64,000 nucleotides of DNA from NCBI GenBank assembly GCA_030704615.1, contig CM060732.1, positions 78,492,001 through 78,556,000 on the forward strand. The letters are read 5' to 3'. The number at the start of each line of letters is the position of its first letter. Position 1 is the stretch's first letter. Below are positions 25,779-35,100 of this stretch, one piece after another. The notes under the pieces were generated by a model. It did no database searches. It was not told the DNA's origin and saw nothing but the letters and a program-made list of their open reading frames with translations. Position numbers and translations under genes: made by a program. Source of the DNA: Takakia lepidozioides. Its lineage: Eukaryota; Plantae; Bryophyta.

Positions 25779-28682
25779 ATGCGTCCGAGATGGCCGGATT
25801 TCAAGCACCCGACTATGAATGAGCCACTGTGGATTGATAGCTACAAGAAACCTTCATGGTTACATGGTCGATTGGAAACAGCAGCGGCAGCACAGTTGGT
25901 AAAAGCAGACATCTCCACCATGACGATCACTTCAGAAAGAGAACCAAGAGGGGGAGTCCTCAAGATCTCTTTGAGGACACTATGTGAGGCAGGGCAGCTG
26001 AAAGAGGCTCTGCAAGTTTTGAACCAAGGAAGCGTTTCAGCAGACTCAGATACGTATGTCTATCTCTTGCATAAGTGCATCCATATGAAAGGCCTGGCAG
26101 CAGGAAAGCAGGTGCATGCTCACATGATCCATAGTGGATTCAAGCCAAACGTGTTTCTACACAACACCCTTCTCAACATGTATGTCAAATGCGGGAGCAT
26201 CATGGATGCACACCAAGTGTTCGACAACATGCCTGAGCGAGGTTTGATCACATGGAATATAATGATTGCAGGGTTTACCAAGCATGGGTGTTCTAAGAAT
26301 GCCTTGAAGACATATGACAAAATGATTCAGGAAGGACTGAAGCCCAACCAGGTCACGTTCATTTGTGTTTGCACTGCGTGTGCGAGCCTGGCAGCCCTGG
26401 AAAAGGGCAAAGAGGTCCATGCTGACATCACGAAAGCTGGAATTGTACCAAATATGATCCTGAACAATACCCTAGTGGACATGTATGCCAAATGCGGTAG
26501 CATCAAGGATGCAAAGGAAGTGTTTGACAGAATGGCCGAACGAAATGTGGTGTCCTGGAGTGCAATGATAGCAGGATATGCCCAGCATGGGTGTGGGATG
26601 GAGGCTTTGGAGATCTATGAGCAAATGATGCGGGAAGGGGTGAAGCCCAATCAGGTCACGTTTGTTTGCATTTGCAATGCGTGTGCAAGCCTGGCAAGCC
26701 TGGAAAAGGGCAAGGAGGTTCATGCTGATGTTGTGAAAGCTGGAATTGTACCAAATATCATCTTGGGCACCACACTAGTGGACATGTATGTCAAATGCGG
26801 GAGCATTAAAGATGCGAAGGAAGTGTTTGACAATATGGCTGCACGAGATGTGGTGTCCTGGAGTGCAATGATTGCTGGATATGCCCAGCATGGGTATGGG
26901 ACGGATGCTTTGGAGACCTATGAGCATCTGATCCAGGAAGGGGTGAAGCCCAACCAGTTCACGTTTGTCTGCATTTGCAATGCGTGTGCTGGCCTTGCTG
27001 CCCTGGAAAAGGGCAGAGAGGTCCATGCCGACATCATGAAAGCTGGAATTGTACCAAATATCATTTTGGGCACTACACTCGTGGACATGTATGCCAAATG
27101 TGGGAGCCTCCATGATGCAATTGGAATATTTGACAATATGGCTGAACGAAATGTGGTATCATGGAATGCTATGATTGCAGGATATGCCCAGCATGGGTGT
27201 GGGATGGAGGCTTTGGAGACCTATGAGCAAATGATGCGGGAAGGGGTGACACCCAACCAAGTCACGTTTGTTTGCATTTGCAATGCATGTGCCAGCCTTG
27301 CAGCCCTGGAGAAGGGCGAAGAGATCCATGCTGACATTTTGAAAGCTGGAATTGTACCAAATATAATTCTGAACAATACACTAGTGGACATGTATGCCAA
27401 ATGTGGGAGCATCAATAATGCAAAGGAGGTGTTCGACAATATGACTGAAAGAGATGTGGTATCCTGGAATGCAATGATTGCAGGATATGCCCGGTATGGG
27501 TGTGGGATGGACGCTTTGGAGACCTATGAGCAGATGATGCTGGAAAGGGTGAAGCCCGACCAGGTCACATTCATTGGCATTTGCAGTGCGAGTGCGAGCT
27601 TGGCAGCCCTCGGAAAGGGCAAAGAAGTCCATGATAATATCATCAAAGCTGGAATTGTACCAAATATGATTCTGAACAACACCCTCATGGACATGTATGC
27701 CAAATGTGGGAGCATCAAGGATGCAATGGAGGTGTTCGATAACATGGCTGAACGAGATGTGGTGTCATGGAGTGTGATGATTGCAGGATATGCCCAACAT
27801 GGTTGTCATACGGAGGCCCTGCAACTATTTGAAGGAATGCAAAAGGAAGGCCTGAAGCTGGACAATATCACCTTTATATGTGTTCTATCTTCATGTAGCC
27901 ATGTTGGCCTTGTGGATGAAGGCAAACACTACTTTGATTCCTTGAGTCAAGATCATGGCATTACTCCTACAGTAGAGCACTTTGGCTGCATGGTGGATCT
28001 TCTTGGCCGTGCAGGGCGATTGGATGAGGCAGAGGACTTCATTAACAAAATGCCAATCAAACCAGATGCTGTGGTGTGGAAGGCCTTGCTTGGTGCCTGC
28101 AGAATTCAAGGTAATGTGGAGATGGCAGAACGTGCTGCAACATCTGTTCTCAAGTGGGATCAACAGGACGCAGCAACTTATGTGTTGCTATCAAACATTT
28201 ATGCCACAGCTGGCAGGTGGGATGATACTGCAAAGGTGAGGAAGATGATGGAGATTAGAGGGGTGAAAAAGGAGCCAGGTCGCTGCTGCATTGAGGTTGG
28301 CAACAGTGTGCACACCTTCGTTGCAGATGACAAATTGCATCCAAAAATTGAGGAAATCCATGCTGAGCTAAGAAGACTATCTGGGCAGATGAAGGAGGCA
28401 GGGTACGTGCCTGACACACGCTTTGTATTGCACAATGTGGAGGAGGCACAAAAGGAATTTTCTCTTCGCTACCACAGTGAAAAGCTGGCAATTGCTTTTG
28501 GATTGATTCGCACGGATCCTGGGATGCCTCTCCGTGTCATGAAGAATCTTCGGGTGTGTGGTGACTGCCACACTGCCACCAAGTTCATCTCGAAGATTGT
28601 TTGCCGAGCAATTGTTGTACGGGATGCAAGCCGCTTTCACCACTTTCAAGATGGGGTTTGTTCTTGTGGGGAGTACTGGTGA
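25779..28682 (+). CDS. PLS-class PPR protein with E1, E2 and DYW (PG-type, C-to-U) deaminase domain and an N-terminal PDF half-motif; 967 aa from the first ATG
   Basis: 20 PPR motifs (L-S, five P-L-S triplets, P2-L2-S2), E1 AVVWKALLGAC, E2 AATYVLLSNIY, and DYW motifs HSEKLA, CGDCH and FHHF..G.CSCGEYW. N-terminus RWPDFKHPTMNEPLWIDSYKKPSW. Confidence 0.93.
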   Translation: MRPRWPDFKHPTMNEPLWIDSYKKPSWLHGRLETAAAAQLVKADISTMTITSEREPRGGVLKISLRTLCEAGQLKEALQVLNQGSVSADSDTYVYLLHKCIHMKGLAAGKQVHAHMIHSGFKPNVFLHNTLLNMYVKCGSIMDAHQVFDNMPERGLITWNIMIAGFTKHGCSKNALKTYDKMIQEGLKPNQVTFICVCTACASLAALEKGKEVHADITKAGIVPNMILNNTLVDMYAKCGSIKDAKEVFDRMAERNVVSWSAMIAGYAQHGCGMEALEIYEQMMREGVKPNQVTFVCICNACASLASLEKGKEVHADVVKAGIVPNIILGTTLVDMYVKCGSIKDAKEVFDNMAARDVVSWSAMIAGYAQHGYGTDALETYEHLIQEGVKPNQFTFVCICNACAGLAALEKGREVHADIMKAGIVPNIILGTTLVDMYAKCGSLHDAIGIFDNMAERNVVSWNAMIAGYAQHGCGMEALETYEQMMREGVTPNQVTFVCICNACASLAALEKGEEIHADILKAGIVPNIILNNTLVDMYAKCGSINNAKEVFDNMTERDVVSWNAMIAGYARYGCGMDALETYEQMMLERVKPDQVTFIGICSASASLAALGKGKEVHDNIIKAGIVPNMILNNTLMDMYAKCGSIKDAMEVFDNMAERDVVSWSVMIAGYAQHGCHTEALQLFEGMQKEGLKLDNITFICVLSSCSHVGLVDEGKHYFDSLSQDHGITPTVEHFGCMVDLLGRAGRLDEAEDFINKMPIKPDAVVWKALLGACRIQGNVEMAERAATSVLKWDQQDAATYVLLSNIYATAGRWDDTAKVRKMMEIRGVKKEPGRCCIEVGNSVHTFVADDKLHPKIEEIHAELRRLSGQMKEAGYVPDTRFVLHNVEEAQKEFSLRYHSEKLAIAFGLIRTDPGMPLRVMKNLRVCGDCHTATKFISKIVCRAIVVRDASRFHHFQDGVCSCGEYW

Positions 28683-31600
28683 AATGATTTTAAAAGAAAA
28701 ATCTTGCTGCAGTCATTAAACATTGTAGCTGCTTGGTTCATCCACCATTTCTTGAGGGTATTTTCTATGAAATCCTATGGAGGCCATTTCCTCTGGCATG
28801 TGAACCCTCCAAGAGCCAGTGTATCCAACACGAGGTGAGACTTATCGTATGCTATTAAGCAACATTGGTTATAGTGTACAGGGTGGTCTGCATCATGCTA
28901 GTAAACCAAATGTGGGCAAATGGCTGCAAATTAGGCTACATTTGTAACCATGGTCTTTGAACTGAACAGTTGTCTCAAATTAAGTCGCCATAGGTTACTT
29001 TTCTGGGGGCTGAAATCTGCCCAATGGCGAGCCCTGAAGGGTGAAAGTGTAACATTTAAGGTTTTCATCCTCACCATGAGTATGGAACAATGGGATTTAT
29101 TCAGTTCTGTCCCTATTCATTAAAAAGGTTTCTTCCTGTATCTTCCATATAGAGTATCAAATGCATTGCATTACACGACTTGGTTATATAGGATTTATCT
29201 TAAGTTATGTTTAGGGTTGCACCAAGCCATGTATCAATTGCTAGGTGAAGGAAATAAGTTAAGTCCTCTCCTACAAAACACTGAGTAGTATTCCTTTGTG
29301 ATGTATATTCTAGTAAAATGTATATGAATGAATGGTGCAAAGTAGTTTTAAAAAACATTTACGATCAATTTGTGAGTTTAGCAACATTGTTCAATAGTAA
29401 TCAACATATGTAGAACAGGGATAGACACTCGTGCATTGGCTTGTAGGTTTGGAGTTAAAACTCATGTCATCTGTCTCTCTATACTTTTGGGCTAGGGCTT
29501 TGCCGTGTAATTGCCTCCATGGCTTAGAAAGGGGGTTTAGTTTCCCCCACAAGGCCCAGTTGTTTGTGCTGGTGTTTCCTTATATATATATATATATATA
29601 TAATTGATTATTTGTGTGTTTTGGATTGTGTTGATATTTGTGACTTTGTGTTCCCTATTATGTTATTGTGTTGCATAATACCAATTTGTAGATATATGGA
29701 ACTTGAAAAACAATAAAGAGAGCTTATTCACGTATGGGATAGGAATCCTATGTCTGTACTTCATATTCTATGATCTTTAGTTCAATTTTTGAGATTACTA
29801 TTTATTTTGTTTTTGTTTCAACATATGCAAGATTCTCGGTTCATCCCTCATATTGGACGGGCCGGATGCATTACACGGGGGTTGGTAGAACGTGAGCATA
29901 GCTCACATAAAGAGCATAGAAAAAGGAGGCGTGAGCACAAAACTGACAATAGGGTACCCATGTTTCCACGGAAGCCTTAGGCCACAAGTCACAACAAGAA
30001 GAACACAAATATTGATATAAAATTAGCAGGAAAAACTATGTATGCACCGCCTCTCATTTTAAGATAATAGGGTCTTCAATGGGCACGTGCGATGTGGCCG
30101 GTGGGCCCCGCGCACGGACGCCCGGCTTCCCAGCACCCCGCCCGCCTTGCCCGCCGCTGCACGCGGTCAACCAGCCGCGGGCGCGGCTGCAGCAACCGCG
30201 CCCGCGCCCCCGTCTGCCGCGCGGCCAGTCCCCCGCCCATGAGTCCGCTGCCCTCCAGTCTGCCAGTCCGCCAGTCCGGTGCTGGCCAGTCCGCTGCCCA
30301 GCAGTCTGCCCGTCCGCCAATCTGCCCGCCAGTCCGCTGGCCAGTCCCCTGCCATCCAGTCCGCTGACGGCGCAAGATCGCCACCGTCCATTCCCATAAC
30401 CCATCCGAGCCCTCCATTTTTAGGGCTGCGAAAATGGCAATGATCTTCCCACCAAATCCCGGCCGCTCTCTTTTTACGGTTGTTTGTTGTCCGATGTTGC
30501 AGTAGGCGTTTCCATGCACGCGACTGTTCATCTTTTGCGCGCGATGTTCATGATGATGATGAAGCGTGTGCTTGAACATAAGAAGACTGTCTGGGCACTA
30601 CAGCCACCATCGTGCATATGCTTCCACTTTTTTTGCCTTCTTGTTGTGCTTTCGGGAACCTTCGTTTTATGGTTTGGTTCTATGTCATAAATATGAAAAA
30701 TGCAGACATCTGTCGTCGATAACGTCATCTGCTTGTGATCTGTCATGATACGTTTAGCCCCTTCATACTGCATCCCTCATGAGAGCCTTCACAAGTTTAG
30801 TTCGTTAAAGGAACCCATGGGTAACATGGGCGCGAAAATGGTGGAAGCGTATGCACATGGGGGCGTGTATTGCAGATTTCGTATCGGACGATGGGACTGT
30901 TTATGTGACCAAGTATAGCGGCTTGCATCCGTCGTACATAAGTTGTGGAAAAAAGTGGAAAATCTGAAAAAACCCAGCTTTGTGATGGATCCACATGGTA
31001 TTATATAAGGGATGGCAACACAAAAAAGCAATTCGAGTCGTCAAGGAACACCATCCAGTCGTGAGGTCCTCAAACATCCACACGCACCTGCTGATTGCAG
31101 ATGTCTGAGCCACGACGGGAGTAGGTGCAGAATCGGTACATTGTCGCATTTGCCAGGAGACGGACCAGGCTGAGACAATTGCATCTGCAAATGCGCGTGG
31201 ATGTTTGAGGTCCGTTGTATCGCGAGTCTGTTCACAGTGGGTCCGCTGGCCCATCAGTGCTCCGGATATTCCTCTTATCGCGTACATAACAGTCAGTTTG
31301 GAGGCGGTCTGCTGGAAGTCCGTCTGTTGGGATATCAGTCTGTCGCACTTGTGAATTTGTCAGTCTGTTGTGTCGGAAGTCTGTTGCACTAAGTCTGTTT
31401 GACTTATTATTTTCCCTCCGGTCAGTCTTTTGGCTTGTTCTCCCGCCAGTCTGCTGAAACGTCCGTCTGCTGGACAGTTCTCATCTATGGATATCAGTCT
31501 GATGGACTGTGCATGCATCAGTCTGTTGTGCCGCGAGTCTGTTCGCAATGGGCGTGTTCGACTTTCTTGTTCTCCCATTACTCTCTTTTGTCTTCATTCT

Positions 31601-32182
31601 GCTGGCAGGGAAGTGCCTCCAATATGAAGCCGCTTCGCCTTAGCAAAGCGAATAGTCCGCTGGACTGGCGGTTCGGTGGACTCTTGGCCCGATGGGAAAT
31701 GAGTCTGTTGCACTTGCGAGGACCGTGGATGAATTTAGTACGATGCGTTCGTTCGGTGGACGTATTCAATGCGATGACGGCGGATAGTTGGCGCCTGTGA
31801 AATCGCGGCATGTTGGCAGTGCCATGCCCGCTTTCCCCCTTCTACTTCTACTTTCTTCTCATGTTCCCTGTGCGATCGACTCCATTTTCTTCGCGTCTGT
31901 TTCTTCGCACTGTTTTGCACTGTTTTGTTTTCCTCTTTGCGTTTCCATCACCGTAACGAAAGACGACCGTTCTTCCCCAGGTGTGGAGAGTCGCGGTGAG
32001 CCGCGAAGCGTCACAAACACGCTCGCCTTCGTAACAACTCGAAGTTCATCGGCTCGGTGAGGTTCTCACTTGCTGCGGTGTTTCCATTCCATTCTGTGTC
32101 CTCTTCTTGCTTAGGGTGAGTCTTTTCATAGGACTTCTATCTGTCGTTCATTGTCCTTGCACCTTCATTTCATTCTGCAGCG

Positions 32183-35100
32183 ATGGATGATGCTTGTGAA
32201 AAGGGTGGAGCGGACTGGGTGGATTTTGTGCACCAAACCAGACTGAAGAAGGAGCGAAGGTACTGGTACTCACCAGACAAGTTTGATCATAAAATAGTGG
32301 AAGCATTTGTAGACCTCCGCGCCCGGAAGCCCAAAAACTCGAATTGGCAGAAAGACAAGCTCTTCTGTCCCTTCTGTGAAGAGGTTATCAAAGACAAAAT
32401 CCAACTAAATCGGCATTGTGTTGACACGGGTTGCAAGGAGACTGTTGCAATGATTCCACGGGATTTCAAGATACTGAAAGAAATGTCGATTGTCAAAGAA
32501 GCCACAATGCGCTTGCGCGGATCAGTGCTTAACCCCCGCACTTTGGAATTAGACAAAGTGCGCGCACGGTATGACGTCCATTGTGGTGGCCCGTCAATGG
32601 AGGATTTGCAAGTACAGGGAACGCCGGACGCTCCCAGAAAACGTAAACTGAGTGATAGGGCCCAAAAGAAAGAGAGGCAAAAAAAGGAGAAAGCTGCAAG
32701 GTCTGCTCGCGAGGCAAGGGCAAAATCCACACAACAGACTGAACCCCGTCCTGCGCGGCAGACCCACACCATCAGTACTGATACTAAAAGTGAATCTGCT
32801 CAGGGCCTGGAAGGGGTGACAAGTCCAGTGGACATTGACTTGCCTGACCAGACTCGGCAGCAGACTCACACAAATATTGTGACCCATGCCATCGGTTTAG
32901 GGTCAAAACCAAAAACTCAACAGGGCACTGAAGGGTCAGTCTGCCCTGGCACATTGCACCTCGTTGACTTTGGGCTTTTCCCACCTGAGTGCTCACCAAT
33001 TGGGGATCCAGACTTCTTCCGTTATTTCTACAGAGTTGCCCAGTCAGGTCTGCTACGCACATTCATCCGACAGGCGGAACATAATTGGTTGAACAGCTTT
33101 GAAGATGAAGATGACGATGATGAAGTAGAGGAGGTAATGGTCAGTCTGACCGTCCAGTCTGTTCTCTATGCTGTTTGAGTCCATCATCGGGGGGTCACGT
33201 TGCCTATTCAGTCTGGTCAGTCCGCTGCGTTCTCTCCTCAGTCCGCTAGCTCACTCCGCTCGTCAGTTAGTCTGTATATATCGCTGCATTACTTATTGAG
33301 TCCGTTTGTCAGTCCGCTGGTCCAGTCCACTGGTATAGTCTACTAGTTGCCTCCACCCTACGTACGCACGTTACAGTCTGCTGGTCTGTGAGTCCAGTCC
33401 GCTGCATAAGGTGAATATAGAGTCCACGTCCATGTTCCTGACGTCCAAGTTCTCTGCCGTGTACTAGGATGAACGTGTTTCTATTCGTAGGGCCATTCAG
33501 GCTTGGCGGATACCTAGCAATGATGCTCCTTTACAAACGACTGCAGTGCGTGTGGAAGTGGACCGCGTGCGAGAGTACATATTATTGAAGTATCCTGGGT
33601 CATCTGCTGCTATAGCGGCATTACATATTCAAGATGCGTCGGGGGGGAATGCGTTTGGGACAGCCAAATCTGCCATCCAGCAGACTCCCATTCAACAGGT
33701 CGTCATCCAGCAGACTCCCGTTCAGCAGCCTATCATCCAGCAGACTCCAACGGAGCAGACTCCCAATGAGCAGCCTGTCATCCTGCAGACTCCTCTCCAG
33801 GAGCCCATCATGCAGCCCATGCCAATGGGAAGTCCTGTCATCCAACAGACTGCGGACCAGCAGACTGACCAGCAGACTGTCTTTCTCTCACATAGCATGG
33901 CGCTTTTTGCAGTTTGGCGATCGCCATCACCGGTAATTCGACCCGGAGCTGAAGACCTCACACTTCCCCGGCTTAGGGTGGGAGAAATTAATCCCCATTT
34001 GGATTGGCATAATGAGCTCCACCAGATTGTTGCGGACCGCCGGTGGTCATTTGTACCCTTTCATTATTCCATGGAGTTTTCTATTGAGGAAGCCAACCAT
34101 GTTCTAGAAGTCGCCTCTGCTGTTGCCATTGAAGCCACAAGCGACCAAAATGCACCACCTCTACTTGTGCAGATGATTCTCATGGATGACCCACGGCCTG
34201 AAGACCTCAAACATATGCCTATAGCACATCCAACCTTTGGGGTGCGAAGAAAGCACTTGTTCGGATTGACTGAGGAGGACTTTGAGCGCATGATAACTTC
34301 CTTCCTACAACACAGATGGATGCAATTTGGCAATTTCCGCTCATACAACAAGTTGATGAAGGATCTGCATAGTTTGAGGATGGCCTTACTCCATGGAACA
34401 GACCATTCACAGAAGTTTGTGGTGGATGACGCATTGCACTGGTTTGCATTGGTGATGGAACGAGCAGTATTCGACATTGTTTTGCAGAATCCCAATGTCT
34501 TCAAAGTCCTGTGGTGTGGGATCCCAACTGAAGACCGCATCGGCGCCATTGCTCATCTCGATGGAGCATGCCTGTGCCGGCAAATCAAGGACATTGGCCT
34601 CGTCGGAAATCTCTTGGAAGGTAAAATGTTATGGGCAACTTTCGTGTTTCAGCTCAATTTCTTTTGCCAACTTTTTTACAAGTTCACATTTGCATAAACA
34701 TGTGTTGCAGGGCGAGTTGATCTGGGAGACAAGCAAGTGCAGGCTGCTTTCGACTCTTTTGCCAGAGGTGCAAGGGACCTTGTCCTGGCTTTACAAGGAG
34801 TTCGGGAGACTGTCCAGCAGACTGGCCACAAGAATGTCGAACAACATATTCCCCACGACACATGTGGGCAGACTGCCCAAGTCATGGAGACCGAGCATGT
34901 GCACCAGAACGTCTCGGGTAATAAGCCGGATCACTTCCAGCAGACTGCCCCGCACACACATACTCAGTATGTGCAAACAGTACTGAGTGGGCAGTGAACT
35001 TTGCAGACTTTGCAGCAGACCGGAGAACAGACCGGCCAACAGACTGCCCCTCAGCCGACTGTGCAGCAAACCAGCAAACATGGCCACCAGATTGCCCCTA

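Larger units (their letters stand above)
22983..29602 (+). repeat. Segmental duplication, copy 2
   Basis: Near-identical to 14080-19948, except that 24117-24989 replaces 15199-15928 and the 592-bp PPR segment is retained. Confidence 0.95.

Noticed and set aside
26250-27800. CRISPR-like or satellite array (303-bp period)
   Set aside because: The periodicity is the P-L-S PPR coding repeat. There are no spacers and the context is eukaryotic.
17059-28649. Many short minus-strand ORFs over the PPR genes
   Set aside because: They are antisense shadows of repetitive coding sequence
28265-28682. U-to-C (KP-type) DYW editor
   Set aside because: It has a PG box, HSEKLA and a xYW end, which are features of C-to-U PG-type domains, not the KPAxA/HAE/GRP-type variants
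30054-30579. GC-rich overlapping ORFs here and at 42105-42670 and 50171-50488
   Set aside because: They lie in GC-rich MULE TIRs with few stop codons, and the translations are low-complexity
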